A DNA stretch of 59,888 nucleotides, filler included, from an uncultured bacterium (GCA_964449065.1; 3 parts of 3 records of this genome joined end to end with filler, not necessarily neighbours in it); one strand, 5' to 3'. Shown: positions 40,922-51,834, numbered from the whole stretch's first letter. A program made the numbers and translations. The notes: generated by a model not told the origin, from the letters alone.

Positions 40922-41937
40922 AAAAAGATCAGACTTCAAATTATACCGATTTTATTCTCTACACCGGCAATGACGGAGAAGTCAATGTTGAAGTCATTTT
41001 GCGTGATGAAACGGTATGGCTTACTCAAAAAGCCATAGGGGCACTCTTTGGCAAATCAAAAGCTACAATCAGTGAACATCTTTCCAATATCTTTACGACA
41101 GGAGAACTTGAAGCAGACTCAGTTGTTCGGGAATTCCGAACAACTGCCAGTGATGGGAAAACATATAACACAAAGTACTACAATCTCGATGCCATCATTT
41201 CAGTCGGCTACCGTGTGAACTCCTATCAAGCCACTCAGTTCCGTATCTGGGCTACCAAGACGTTAAAAGAGTATATCATCAAAGGCTTTGTGTTGGATGA
41301 CGAGCGGCTCAAACAGGGAAACCAGGTATTTGGAAAAGATTATTTTGACGACTTACTGGAACGTATCCGTGAGATACGGGCAAGTGAACGCCGCTTTTAT
41401 CAAAAGATCACCGATCTATATGCTCTTTCAGCAGATTATGATAAAAACGCCCCCATCACCAAAGAATTTTTTGCTTCCGTTCAAAACAAACTTCATTGGG
41501 CAATTACCGGCAAGACGGCAGCAGAAATTATATACGATTCTGTAGATGCCAATAAAGTAAATATGGGGCTTACCACATGGAAACATGCACCGGAAGGAAA
41601 AATTTTAAAATCGGATGTATCGAATGCTAAAAACTTTCTGAGTGAAGCCCATATCAAAGAACTGAATCAAATTGTCTCAGCTTATCTTGATCTGGCTGAG
41701 AATAGGGCACAACGGCAAATCTTAATGAAAATGGAAGATTGGGGTGAATTTTTGGACAATTTTTTAACGCTATCTAATTATCCCATCTTGGAAGATAAAG
41801 GAAAAGTCAGTGCGTTGGAAGCAAAATTGAAAGCAGAACAAGAGTTTGAGGTTTTCCGTGTCAAACAAGATAAAGAATATATCTCTGACTTTGACAAAGA
41901 AGTAAAACGCATCACAAGGAAGAAGGATGACAAATAA
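40918..41937 (+). CDS. RhuM-family (virulence/death-on-curing-associated) protein
   Basis: ETVWLTQK, YNLDAIISVGYRVNS..ATQFR.WAT, IREIRASERRFYQKITD, VQNKLHWAITG. Confidence 0.9.
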   Translation: MKKDQTSNYTDFILYTGNDGEVNVEVILRDETVWLTQKAIGALFGKSKATISEHLSNIFTTGELEADSVVREFRTTASDGKTYNTKYYNLDAIISVGYRVNSYQATQFRIWATKTLKEYIIKGFVLDDERLKQGNQVFGKDYFDDLLERIREIRASERRFYQKITDLYALSADYDKNAPITKEFFASVQNKLHWAITGKTAAEIIYDSVDANKVNMGLTTWKHAPEGKILKSDVSNAKNFLSEAHIKELNQIVSAYLDLAENRAQRQILMKMEDWGEFLDNFLTLSNYPILEDKGKVSALEAKLKAEQEFEVFRVKQDKEYISDFDKEVKRITRKKDDK

Positions 41938-41946
41938 TTCCCCTTC

Positions 41947-42083
41947 GTCCACAACTGTCATTCTTTGGTTTTGAAAGGAGAGATGCTACCCGATAAAAAA
42001 TTCAAACGATCATCGTTACTTTCTCGTTTGACGGGTCAAACCAAAGCGGCAACTGACGGGTCAAACCTACCCGGCTATTGACA
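41947..42083 (+). mobile_element. IS21-family remnant: istB 3' fragment plus right end
   Basis: Translates VHNCHSLVLKGE (IstB C-terminus-like), then TGACGGGTCAAACC twice (42029, 42054) ending in ATTGACA. Confidence 0.65.
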
Positions 42084-42318
42084 ACAACCTTTTGTATCCG
42101 TTCAAATAATTCGATTTCTTCCTCCGTGGGATCATCCTTGGAATCGAAAAGAGCCTCCGATTGCTTGGATATTAGCATGAGTGAAATCGATGTTGCCAGA
42201 AATGATTCGGAAACTGTTCCCTGAGACCGCTATAATTCTCGCAATTGACTGATAGCATCGTTCGCTTCTTGAAGAAGTTTGTGGTAGGTATGAATATCGC
42301 TCACCAGTCATTCCATTC

Positions 42319-42398
42319 TGCGGATTCCGGTGAAGTCGGCCACCTGTTCCAGTGGAAAGCGGCCGGGAATTCCGGTGAAACCAGCCGGGCAATCCGGT
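42319..42398 (+). mobile_element. IS21-family terminal repeat remnant (second element)
   Basis: TGCGGATTCCGGTGAAGTCGGCCACC followed by iterated TTCC(G/A)GTG(A/G)AA units. Confidence 0.6.
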
Positions 42399-42504
42399 CG
42401 AATAGGGTACATGAATGCAAAATCACAATTTAGATGGGGGGGTAATGGGTTTACCCATTATTTCCAAATATTGTGTTTTATTTCCAGGGAGTTAGATTTG
42501 TATT

Positions 42505-42525
42505 TGTGTACAAATATGTGTACAA
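42505..42525. repeat. tandem TGTGTACAA repeat, candidate integrase arm-type sites
   Basis: Two copies (42505, 42517), about 50 nt beyond the tRNA 3' end. Confidence 0.45.
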
Positions 42526-42574
42526 TTGATTTTTTTGAAGATTTGAATTCATGATCTAAGTCTAGTTAAATCAA

Positions 42575-42651
42575 TGGTCGGGGTGAAAGGATTCGAACCT
42601 TCGACCACCTGAACCCCATTCAGGTACGCTACCAGACTGCGCTACACCCCG
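42575..42651 (-). tRNA. tRNA-Pro(GGG)
   Basis: CGGGGTGTAGCGCAGTCTGGTAGCGTACCTGAATGGGGTTCAGGTGGTCGAAGGTTCGAATCCTTTCACCCCGACCA; cloverleaf with encoded CCA. Confidence 0.97.
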
Positions 42652-42803
42652 ATCTTCTAATTATACTTCCTCTTTCCTCTACATCAAAGACCTATTTTCA
42701 TCAGTTCGGCATACAGTTTCTCAAAACCTGGAAGAATAGGCTGTATTATGAGATAATAAGATCAGCAATATTCGAATTCTTTTATGAGCAAAGGAGATAG
42801 ATC

Positions 42804-43745
42804 ATGAAAAGGCGAGAGTTTCATGCCGCCGCGTTTTTGGGGGTAACGGCTTTGGCGAGTATACACACATCAAACGGACAGACCGCATCCCATGATTCCT
42901 TCAAAATCGGGATGTGCGATTGGAATGTAAAAAACCCACAAAACCAAAGCGGAACCTGCCGTCCGGATTTTATCCCCATCGCCGCGGAGGCACATATCAA
43001 AGGTCTGCAAGTCAGTGTCGCCACCGGCCCGGATAACGTTGCCCTGCGCGACCCGGATGTCCGCAAACAATACAAAGAACTGGGCAAAAAACATAACGTG
43101 CAGTTCCACTCAGTTGCAGCGGGCAGCATTTTGAACTCGATCCCTTTGGCATCAGAACCGGAATCGGCCGTGTATGTGATCGAAGCACTGGAAGCCGCGA
43201 AAGACTTAGGCGCAAGCAATGTGCTGATGGCTTTCTTTGGCCGGGGGGATTTACGCTATTCCGACCACCGCGGCAATACGGTGTTGTTGGAAGAAAATCC
43301 GAATGTATATGAACTCGATCAACGCGGGGTTGACCGCGTGGTGAATGTCCTGCGGCAAATCGCCCCGCGCGCGGAGGATTTGGGTGTGGCTTTGGGACTC
43401 GAGAACACCATCACCGCGAAACAAAACGTTGAGATCATAGACCGGGTCGGCTCTCCCATGCTGCAAGTATATTACGATACCGGCAACTCGTGGGGCAACG
43501 GGTATGACGTCCCGGCGGAAATTCGGATGCTGGGCAATCACCGTATCTGTGAAATTCACCTCAAAGATTGGGATGCCGCTATCTTAGGCTCGCCGGAGGG
43601 AATGGTTGACTTTGAGGCCTGCGCTTTGGCCTGCCATGATATCGGGTTTGACAAGTGGTATGTGCTGGAAACCAGCGGCCGGAAGAATCATTTCATTGAA
43701 GATACACAGAAGAACGCCGCGTTCGCGAAACAGACGTTTGCGTAA
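42804..43745 (+). CDS. Tat-exported sugar phosphate isomerase/epimerase (xylose isomerase-like TIM barrel)
   Basis: KRREF; IGMCDW; metal-binding motifs LGLEN, YYDTGN, EIHLKD, VLET. Confidence 0.87.
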   Translation: MKRREFHAAAFLGVTALASIHTSNGQTASHDSFKIGMCDWNVKNPQNQSGTCRPDFIPIAAEAHIKGLQVSVATGPDNVALRDPDVRKQYKELGKKHNVQFHSVAAGSILNSIPLASEPESAVYVIEALEAAKDLGASNVLMAFFGRGDLRYSDHRGNTVLLEENPNVYELDQRGVDRVVNVLRQIAPRAEDLGVALGLENTITAKQNVEIIDRVGSPMLQVYYDTGNSWGNGYDVPAEIRMLGNHRICEIHLKDWDAAILGSPEGMVDFEACALACHDIGFDKWYVLETSGRKNHFIEDTQKNAAFAKQTFA

Positions 43746-43788
43746 GAGTTGGTTACTCAAGCATAGTTTGTATATTGCCGAAAGTATA

Positions 43789-43817
43789 AAAAGGGGATGT
43801 GAGTTGCATCCCCTTTT
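43789..43817 (+). terminator. rho-independent terminator
   Basis: AAAAGGGGATG-TGAGTTG-CATCCCCTTTT. Confidence 0.75.
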
Positions 43818-43837
43818 ATCGTTAAACAGGTTTAAGA

Positions 43838-45166
43838 ATGGTTGATCCGCTATCTTCGCTTATTCGCACGGCAGTGACGCAGCGTTCTCTTTCAGGGGGA
43901 TTGCAGGCGCTTTTGCAATCGGGAGCGCAAAGGGGGCAGGTGCAGCAACATAATAGCGGTCAACTGTTTGTGAACATTAAAGGATTTCAATTGCCATTGA
44001 GTTCCACGTCAGGCAGTTTACAGGCAGGCCAGTTTGTAAACATTCAATTGCAGGGCGGTCAGATATTGATCGAACCGCTGCTGTCTCAAACCGCTTCTCA
44101 ATCAAACTTCTCAGCAGAAACCGCCCGAACCATCTCAACCATACTCAGCCAGATGGGAATCCAAAATCCACAAGCCGAAGTGATCGCGCAGGCGATGCTG
44201 CAATCCAACATTCCTCTAAACCGCAGTGTATTGCAGGAACTGGTGCAGATTTTTCCGCAGTTGCATCCCGAATCGATGCAGGCTCTCATCTTTCTCATCA
44301 GCCGCCGAATTCCGTTGAGTGAATCGATGCTGTTTTGGGTGTCGCGGCTGTTTTCCCGGCGGGAAAACAGCGGCAAACTCGCCCAATCGATCACGAATGA
44401 TATCGGAGAGTTGCAAGAGCAAGTTGGCGGATTGGATATTGAGAATGTCGGTCAAATCCAAAGCGGATTGGGTGGATTTCAGCAAAACTTGAAGCAGGAA
44501 TTTTTGCCGCTGGAAGAGGAATCCATGGATGAGTTGGATGAGGATGTGAAGCAGGCATTATCGAAAGCATTGGTATCGGCCGAGGCCATCTTCAGCGGGG
44601 GGACACGGTTTGATCATCATCTTGCCGAAACGGTGAGCCGATTGCTTTCGTTTTTGATGGCGTTACAGCAGCAGTATGAAGCAATGGGCAAACTGCCGCT
44701 GTTTCAAGAATTGCTTGCAAAAGTGGAGGCGCTTCAGGAAACGCTCGCAGTGCAATCGCTGGAAAACCTGCCCGAACATGATACGGAACATCCGCCATCC
44801 TTTTTCGTTAAGATGCCAATCTGGAAGGACCACGAAGCGGATCAATTGGAAATCATGTTTAAGCGGATAGATGCAGACCAAAAATCCGGCAGCGTTGATC
44901 TTCGGTTCGAGTTATCCAAACTAGGACCGCTTCATGCGCGTATCGGGTGGCAGCATCCGACCATCAATATTGTCATTCATGTTGAAGATTTATCTATCGC
45001 AAGGTATTTAAATGAGCATGTGGATGTCTTAAAAAAGGGACTGCGGCAAGCGGGGTTTCAAACCGGCAGGATTGAGGCAAGTCAGCATGAAGTGCCGTCC
45101 ACATTGCAGCCGGTAGGCGCCAATTCTTTACACACCAACCTCAGCGGGATTGATCTTCGCGTTTGA
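43838..45166 (+). CDS. flagellar hook-length control protein FliK-like
   Basis: Gln/Ser/Leu-rich; C-terminal LRFELSKLGPL...L...L..AGF...GIDLRV resembles the FliK C-terminal domain. Confidence 0.6.
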   Translation: MVDPLSSLIRTAVTQRSLSGGLQALLQSGAQRGQVQQHNSGQLFVNIKGFQLPLSSTSGSLQAGQFVNIQLQGGQILIEPLLSQTASQSNFSAETARTISTILSQMGIQNPQAEVIAQAMLQSNIPLNRSVLQELVQIFPQLHPESMQALIFLISRRIPLSESMLFWVSRLFSRRENSGKLAQSITNDIGELQEQVGGLDIENVGQIQSGLGGFQQNLKQEFLPLEEESMDELDEDVKQALSKALVSAEAIFSGGTRFDHHLAETVSRLLSFLMALQQQYEAMGKLPLFQELLAKVEALQETLAVQSLENLPEHDTEHPPSFFVKMPIWKDHEADQLEIMFKRIDADQKSGSVDLRFELSKLGPLHARIGWQHPTINIVIHVEDLSIARYLNEHVDVLKKGLRQAGFQTGRIEASQHEVPSTLQPVGANSLHTNLSGIDLRV

Positions 45167-45330
45167 TGGTTCCAAATAACCTTATTCCCTATTCGGCAGA
45201 ATCCGTTTACAATGGCTGAATTGTTCAGTAGTCTTGGATTGATTGACTTTTCAAACGCATAGGGATATTCCCTATTCTTTACATAGTGGTTTATACGTTC
45301 ATTTTTTATTGGTATTGATAAACAAAGACG

Positions 45331-46953
45331 ATGCTGAACACAACCTCCACACCAATTCGCGCTCAGAGTTCTCCCTTTTTGATGTGTGTCGCGTTTCTAA
45401 TACCGTTTGCGGTGTTTATCACATGGCACGTGCAAATGCCGTTTGGGTTTGTGGATGACGCGTATATTTCGATGGTGTACGCGGATAACATCGCGTCCGG
45501 ACACGGCATTGTCTTTTATCCCGGCGGCGAGCGGGTGGAGGGATACACCAATCCGCTGTGGGTGATTCTGCTTTCGATTGCCGGTATCTTTCAACTCTCA
45601 CTGCCCTTTATCGCGTATTGGATGAGCATGATCAGCGCTGTCGGCGTGATCCTGCTGGTGTTGGCAATCTATCACAAATCGTTTTCGCGATATGATACTC
45701 CCACCTTTTGGAACCAATACTTTTTCCCTTGTATGGCGGCGGTTTTGACCACGCTGGATGTCGCGTTTATTGCTTGGTCTACATCGGGATTGGAAACGCT
45801 TGGCTTTACCTTGCTGCTGGCGTGGGTCTGCTATTTTTGCGTTCAGAGGGTCAACGTAAATGCCCTATGTGTTTTGCTGCTTTTACTCTCGCTCATCCGG
45901 CCGGAAGGGATCTTATTTTTGCCGCTGGTGTTTGTGAAATTGCTGCTGAATCCGACAAGAAAAGGGTTTGGGTTTAAACAGTTATTTTTGATTGCAATAC
46001 TTCCCTACGCGTTCTTCTTATATCTTCGCTATTTGTATTTTGGGTATTGGCTGCCCAACACGTTTTATGCCAAGCACGACTTCGGCGGGTGGACGGTGTA
46101 TTACCGCGGTTTGGTGTATGCGGTTAGTTTCTTTCAGCCCCGCCTGTTGCTGCTCATTGGTATCATCGGCATTGCCTTGGAGCGAGAAACTTGCAAGAGA
46201 AACGCCTTTTGGATATTGGCGTTTGTTCTTTTCCATTTCCTGATTACCATTGCCGAAGGCGGCGACCATTTCGCGCTGCACCGCTTTTTGGTGCCGGCGG
46301 TTCCACTGCTGTCGATATTGGCGGTACGGGGACTGCATATGATTGTAACCAGGTTTGTGATCAAAAAACTGTCCCTGTCCAGCGGGGAAATGGTTGTGAT
46401 GACTCACGCGATTGTGGCTGTCATGGTGATGGTGATATTCGCCGCTCATGCCATGCAGTTGTATGAATTCAAGCGTGATGGGAAGTATGGCTTTTCGAAA
46501 GGGGTGCGCTTTCATTATTCCGAAGTGTCTTGGGCGGAAGGGTGGAAGAATATGGGAAAATGGCTAAAAGAGAAATACCCGCCGGACACCAAAATCGCCG
46601 TAATGACCGCGGGAGCGATTCCGTATTACAGCCAGCTGCCGGCTATCGATATCTTAGGAATCAACGACCCGCACATCGCGCATCAGCCTGTTGCGGATGA
46701 ATCCAGGTATCTGACCGGACACGAAAAGAGCGACGCGGATTATGTGTTAAGCCATGAGCCGGTGTTTATCCAGTTGTTCCCGATGATGCTGTTCGGTTCA
46801 ACACCGTCCACCGAAACGGATATGGACGATATGATGACTTACCCCGCGCAGCACGACCTGCGCAACCATCCGAAGTTTCAAGATGAATACGCATTCAAAA
46901 CCGAAAACACACCGTTTGGCTATATCAGTTTTTTTGAGAGGGTGAGCCAGTAA
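45331..46953 (+). CDS. GT-C-fold membrane glycosyltransferase (arabinofuranosyltransferase-like)
   Basis: DDAYIS..YA.N...[41 protein letters not shown]. Confidence 0.8.
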   Translation: MLNTTSTPIRAQSSPFLMCVAFLIPFAVFITWHVQMPFGFVDDAYISMVYADNIASGHGIVFYPGGERVEGYTNPLWVILLSIAGIFQLSLPFIAYWMSMISAVGVILLVLAIYHKSFSRYDTPTFWNQYFFPCMAAVLTTLDVAFIAWSTSGLETLGFTLLLAWVCYFCVQRVNVNALCVLLLLLSLIRPEGILFLPLVFVKLLLNPTRKGFGFKQLFLIAILPYAFFLYLRYLYFGYWLPNTFYAKHDFGGWTVYYRGLVYAVSFFQPRLLLLIGIIGIALERETCKRNAFWILAFVLFHFLITIAEGGDHFALHRFLVPAVPLLSILAVRGLHMIVTRFVIKKLSLSSGEMVVMTHAIVAVMVMVIFAAHAMQLYEFKRDGKYGFSKGVRFHYSEVSWAEGWKNMGKWLKEKYPPDTKIAVMTAGAIPYYSQLPAIDILGINDPHIAHQPVADESRYLTGHEKSDADYVLSHEPVFIQLFPMMLFGSTPSTETDMDDMMTYPAQHDLRNHPKFQDEYAFKTENTPFGYISFFERVSQ

Positions 46954-47163
46954 TACATACCGCGCAAAACGGTAGTTCTTATCCTGCAAGAATACACCGA
47001 AACGCATATCACAACTCTGCCCTGCGGGCATCTGCCTGCTTGAGGAAGAACACCGGCTTGAATTCTCTCAATATCTTTTCTCTTGCCAGATTCAGAATTG
47101 ACAGGGTGTATAGGCTAACAGGAGAAAGGCCGGCGGGTCTCCGGGAACACCGGTTGCATGATG

Positions 47164-47337
47164 GTAATAGGTCAGCGATATGAAGTGCATATTCAAAAAA
47201 TCGAATCGATTTTCTCTTTCCTCCCCCAATGCAATGGGGGAGGCTAGGTGGGGGTTAAACGCTCAGTGCTTCAAACCCTCCCCTAGCCCCTCCCACCTTT
47301 GGGAGGGGAATTTCTCTTCAAGCGGCTGACCTATTAC
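47164..47337. mobile_element. 174-bp MITE with perfect 13-bp terminal inverted repeats
   Basis: GTAATAGGTCAGC (47164-47176) and GCTGACCTATTAC (47325-47337); internal CTCCCCC..GGGGGAG and CCCCTCCC..GGGAGGGG hairpins. Confidence 0.75.
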
Positions 47338-47338
47338 G

Positions 47339-47579
47339 AATTTAGAAACGGATATATCTTTAAGGAAAAAATATGCCAAAAAATGCTTTCTGTTTATGTG
47401 TATTTGGTGTTTGATTGTCTTATCTTTTATTGTTCTTTAAGGTTTTTTTTATTGGTAATTTTAATTTGTCAGACATAGTTTTGTCCACTTTAATCGGTGG
47501 TACAACAATAAGTATAATTGGGCTTGTTGGCTTTATAATGAGAGGATTATTTCCTAACAACCAAAAAAGCGGTGAGTGA
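47339..47579 (+). pseudogene. 5'-truncated small membrane protein remnant
   Basis: Reads NLETDISLRKKYAKKCFLFMCIWCLIVLSFIVL*, then after a T8 frameshift FNLSDIVLSTLIGGTTISIIGLVGFIMRGLFP; starts right at the MITE end. Confidence 0.5.
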
Positions 47580-48182
47580 ATCAACGGTTTTTCATGTTTT
47601 ATTCTAAAACTTGAACTGATAAGGAATTAACACATAATACGGTTTGTATTGACGCATATCGCCCCTCCCTCCTATGTGAAATGTCATAAGTCAACCGTTT
47701 GAAAAAATGCCTCGTCTCCCTCTTAACCTAATGTCATTATCTTAGCGATATGAAATATAATATTGAATAATATACGTGGCCGCAATCGATCTACCCTGCG
47801 GGCATATCATCCATGTTGGCTATTCTCCATAAAAAAATAACCGCGAATACACGCCAATTCACGTGAATAACAACGGGGCCATTTCCATTCGTTAGGGTTT
47901 AATACCGGTGTTATTTCGGATTATCGGGGAAGAAAAGAGTCCGGCCCTTCTTCACGCGTATTTCTTTGCGCAACTTCGCGCGATCCAGTGATCACTTTCG
48001 CCATCAATACGGGGCGTTTGGACGTGCACGTCAAGCCAACCGTACCCGCCTTATTGAACGGAAAGCAGGGGACTTCTATCTTCCCAAAAACGGCATCGCT
48101 CCAACGGAACCTGCGTCACGCAGATGAGGTATTGTATGATTGAAAAGATGAACAACCCTCAAACATTAACGATGGCACAAAA

Positions 48183-48584
48183 CTACGTGACAAACCGGAA
48201 GGTGAGTGGATACGAATACGGCCGGCCTTCATTCGCGCGGATGACCGCAACAATCACACACACCAGCCAAAACATTTGCAAGGGGAATCCCATTAGAAAC
48301 CCGAAAATCAATGCAAGCCGTGTCCCTTGCAGCGCTATCAATACGGTGATGAAAAACACAAAAAACGCATAGATGGTTATCGTCAATTGAAAATTCAACG
48401 CCGCTTTTCCATGACTGTCGATGAGGGGTGAATTATCCCGCTTCAACAGCCAAACCGCCAATGGGGCCAAAATATGACCGAAAAACGGCAGCAGCACAAA
48501 CGCAAACGCGCTGAGGTGGCATAGGCCCGCCCACAAACGGTATTCCGGTAAGACACTGACGGGTTCGTGATAGTTTACAACCAT
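48183..48584 (-). CDS. DUF4870 membrane protein
   Basis: WA.LCHLS, PL.VWL.KRD, HGK.ALNFQ, A.EG..YSYPL. Confidence 0.88.
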   Translation of the reverse strand: MVVNYHEPVSVLPEYRLWAGLCHLSAFAFVLLPFFGHILAPLAVWLLKRDNSPLIDSHGKAALNFQLTITIYAFFVFFITVLIALQGTRLALIFGFLMGFPLQMFWLVCVIVAVIRANEGRPYSYPLTFRFVT

Positions 48585-48693
48585 TGCAGGCTCCCGATTG
48601 CCGAATACACTTTTCCTCCATAGGTACGAAACAAACAGCAACAAATTTCAATGATCCATTGTAACCTATTGTGTTTCCAGCATCCAGTCAAAG

Positions 48694-50313
48694 GTGAGCA
48701 TGGCCAAATCCTATTCAATTCAATCGGTACTGAAATGGCTGCATGACCAAAGCGCCGCGGAACAATCCGCATTGTACCTCTATTCGTATCCCGGATTTGA
48801 TCAACTGGTCCTGCATTCCACAGCCGGCAGCGATACGTCTCCCACACGCTACTGGCGTCCCCAATGCGCGGAACAAGAAACGGTTGGAATACTTCAGCGT
48901 GCCACCGAACCCATCAATTTGGTTGGTGAACATGTAACCGGAACCGAAGAAAACTGCATTGCCATGCCGGTCTACGGCGGCGATATGGTTATCGGAGCCG
49001 TAATCTTTTGTTTTGTGGAAACCCAGGATATCAACCGTCTCATCCCGCTGATCGATCAAATGAAGCGCTTCGCGCATCTGTTTTTCCGCGCGTGGGTTGA
49101 ATTTATTGTGGCCGAACAAACCCGTCCGCTTTCCGTCTTATTTCAAATTGCAGGCACCATTTCCTCCTCACTCGATTTGGAACGCGTGTTGTTAAATGTA
49201 GTCGAACAAGCCACCATCCTCTTTCGCGTCAAAATGAGTTCCCTGCATCTGCTTGATTCCAAACGCAGTGAGTTGGAACTGATTACCGCATACGGCTGCA
49301 GTTTGGAATACTTGGATTTGCCCAATTTGAGTTTGCAGGATTCGTTTTTGGGACGCGTAATCGCACAAAACCGTGTGATGCAGTTGGAAAACATATTCGA
49401 AGAACCCAAATACTACCACAAGCAGTTGGCTGAACACGAGGGCGTTTGCTCGCTTATGTCCGCCCCCATTGTGTTCCGCGATCAAACCCTAGGCGTGTTA
49501 AATGTATACTCCGCATTGCCCCGCCAATGGCAATTGTCCGAAATGGAACTGCTGCAAACCTTCGCCAACCACTCTGCCGTTGCCATCCAAAACGTGCGGG
49601 TACATGAACAGTTTCTATCGATGGAAGAACAACTCCACGAAACCGCCAAACGCTCAATTTTAGGTGAATTGGCCGCCGGTCTCGCGCATGAAATCCGCAA
49701 CCCGCTTGCCGTTATCAATATGCTTATCCACTCTTGGAAAGCTTCGCCGCCCGCTCCGGATGATTTTGCCGATGATGTAGACGTGGTCGCTCAAAAAATC
49801 AGTGACTTGAATAATTTGGTCACCGAATTGCTCAATCTCTCCGCCTCCCGGCAATTGGAACGTACTCCGCAAAACTTAGAGGAACTGATTGACCGTGTTT
49901 ACCGCCTGCTGCGCCACAGGATGAAGCAGCAGAAAATCAACTTTAAAAAGAACATCGACTGGGAAGACAAAGTGTTATCCGTTGACCGTGAGCGGTTGGA
50001 GCAAGCGATCTTAAATTTATTGCTCAACGCGCTGGATGTGACCCCCGAAGGCGGTGGCATCACCGTCAATGTCAAAGATGCCGGTACCTCTGTCGCGATT
50101 GAAATTGCCGATACCGGGCCGGGCATTCCCGAAGAAGAAGTGCCGAAGTTGTTCAAAATGTTTAAAACCAATAAGGAACACGGTTCCGGTTTAGGACTGG
50201 CCATTACCAAACGAATTGTGGAAGAACACCACGGCGAAATCGTTGTCGCCAATAGCGAATCCGGCGGCGCGTTATTTCGTATCGTATTGCCGAAAGAAAC
50301 TCCCGAATCGTAA
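48694..50313 (+). CDS. GAF-domain sensor histidine kinase
   Basis: GAF domain; H-box AHEIRNPL; N-box NLLLNALD; DTGPGI; GSGLGLAI; no response regulator adjacent. Confidence 0.92.
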   Translation: MSMAKSYSIQSVLKWLHDQSAAEQSALYLYSYPGFDQLVLHSTAGSDTSPTRYWRPQCAEQETVGILQRATEPINLVGEHVTGTEENCIAMPVYGGDMVIGAVIFCFVETQDINRLIPLIDQMKRFAHLFFRAWVEFIVAEQTRPLSVLFQIAGTISSSLDLERVLLNVVEQATILFRVKMSSLHLLDSKRSELELITAYGCSLEYLDLPNLSLQDSFLGRVIAQNRVMQLENIFEEPKYYHKQLAEHEGVCSLMSAPIVFRDQTLGVLNVYSALPRQWQLSEMELLQTFANHSAVAIQNVRVHEQFLSMEEQLHETAKRSILGELAAGLAHEIRNPLAVINMLIHSWKASPPAPDDFADDVDVVAQKISDLNNLVTELLNLSASRQLERTPQNLEELIDRVYRLLRHRMKQQKINFKKNIDWEDKVLSVDRERLEQAILNLLLNALDVTPEGGGITVNVKDAGTSVAIEIADTGPGIPEEEVPKLFKMFKTNKEHGSGLGLAITKRIVEEHHGEIVVANSESGGALFRIVLPKETPES

Positions 50314-50332
50314 TTCAGTCAGAAGGATTTCT

Positions 50333-51556
50333 ATGCCGATTGTAAACAAATACGTTTTTCTGCTGCTTGCCGTCGCCTTTGGGTTACGTGCGGTATTTGT
50401 TTTTGTCATCATTCCAACTACCAATTTGATTCCGTTTGAAAACATCGATATGGATGGCTATGCCACCATCGCCGGCGATATCCGCGCGGGAAAATATTTC
50501 TTTACGGAATCCGAACAAAACGTCAACCGTATGCCGCTGTATCCATCCGTTTTGGCGGTGATTACAGCATTCACCCCCAACCCGCCTTCCTTCTATTACA
50601 CCGCGCAAATGTGGCATATTTTGATGGACTGTGTGACACTCATCTGCATATACCTCTTCTGCAAAAAATACTTCGGAACGGGGCCCGCGTTTTGGGCGGG
50701 CTGCTTATATGCGGTCTATCCCCTGGCGTGGTACCGCGCCTTTTTAATGAATACCGAACTGATCCAAACCGCCATTCAAGCTGTTGCTTTATTAATGACT
50801 GCCGAGTTCATAGAAAAACCAACCGCCCGCAACGCCCTCATTCTATCCGGTCTCAGCATCTTGGTGCTTTGCATCAATCCGGCCTTCATCCTGTTGCCGG
50901 GCTTCTTAGCGCTAAGCATGTTTCTGATGCATCCCTTCAAGAATGCAATCTCTCTCTTCCTGTTAATCGTGATCCCCATTTCTATCTTTACTCTGGGATG
51001 GGGGGCGCGCAATTATATCGTCACTGGAACCTACTTCCTTTTTGACACCCGCGGCGGCAAAGAGTTTTGGATCGGCAACAACCAGCGCTCCGAAGGCCGT
51101 TGGGAAGGGGAATTGCGTGGCATTTGGGAAACGGAAATCAACGAGCATTACAAAACCATGACCGAACTCGGCATCCCGCATGAACAAATGAACGGCTATT
51201 TTTACAAGCAAGGTTTAAAGGAAATTATAGCGGACCCTCCCGGCGCGGCTGTCTTATTCGCCAAAAAGTTTATCCGCTTTTGGTTCATCCCCGCTTCCGA
51301 AACCAAAATCCGGCTGACCGTCCCGCTGCAAAGTTTTTATCTGTTCTTTGGGATTATGGGACTGGCTGCCGCGGTGAGAAAATACCCCTATGCAAGCTGG
51401 ATTCTGCCGCTAGTTCTGATAGCTTATTTTTGTGGGATTTATACGCTGTCGTATGCATGTATCCGGTTCAGCCAAGTGATTATGCCCTGGGTATGCGCAC
51501 TGGGAGGAGTGGGTGCCGTTACCATTTCACATAAATTAGGTTGGAAAACATCATGA
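50333..51556 (+). CDS. GT-C/PMT-like (family 39-like) membrane glycosyltransferase
   Basis: Polytopic; D..GY...A, R.PLYP, W..RNY, GN, RF..I.P. Confidence 0.75.
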   Translation: MPIVNKYVFLLLAVAFGLRAVFVFVIIPTTNLIPFENIDMDGYATIAGDIRAGKYFFTESEQNVNRMPLYPSVLAVITAFTPNPPSFYYTAQMWHILMDCVTLICIYLFCKKYFGTGPAFWAGCLYAVYPLAWYRAFLMNTELIQTAIQAVALLMTAEFIEKPTARNALILSGLSILVLCINPAFILLPGFLALSMFLMHPFKNAISLFLLIVIPISIFTLGWGARNYIVTGTYFLFDTRGGKEFWIGNNQRSEGRWEGELRGIWETEINEHYKTMTELGIPHEQMNGYFYKQGLKEIIADPPGAAVLFAKKFIRFWFIPASETKIRLTVPLQSFYLFFGIMGLAAAVRKYPYASWILPLVLIAYFCGIYTLSYACIRFSQVIMPWVCALGGVGAVTISHKLGWKTS

Positions 51557-51834
51557 CCAATAAAAAACGAATAGACGCAATCGTAAAAGGAAGAGTGCAG
51601 GGCGTTTGTTTTCGGGCGTTTACGGAAGATGTAGCCACGGGTTTGGGACTGACCGGTGAAGTAAAAAATCTCCCGGACGGCACGGTCAGAGTGATCGCCG
51701 AAGGAGAGGAATCCGACCTCAAAGCGCTGATTAAAAAGCTTCACCAAGGCCCCTCCATGGCTCATGTGCAGGATGTATCCGTCAATTGGGAAAACAATCT
51801 GGGTCAATACAACGATTTTGGGATCTCATATTAG
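51553..51834 (+). CDS. acyP: acylphosphatase
   Basis: GRVQGVCFR, GEVKNLPDGTV; ATGA overlap with the upstream gene. Confidence 0.93.
   Translation: MTNKKRIDAIVKGRVQGVCFRAFTEDVATGLGLTGEVKNLPDGTVRVIAEGEESDLKALIKKLHQGPSMAHVQDVSVNWENNLGQYNDFGISY

Noticed and set aside
43757..43784. Sigma-28-like promoter (TCAAG-N15-GCCGAAAG) before the FliK-like gene
   Set aside because: Imperfect boxes, and a terminator hairpin lies between it and the gene; too weak to call
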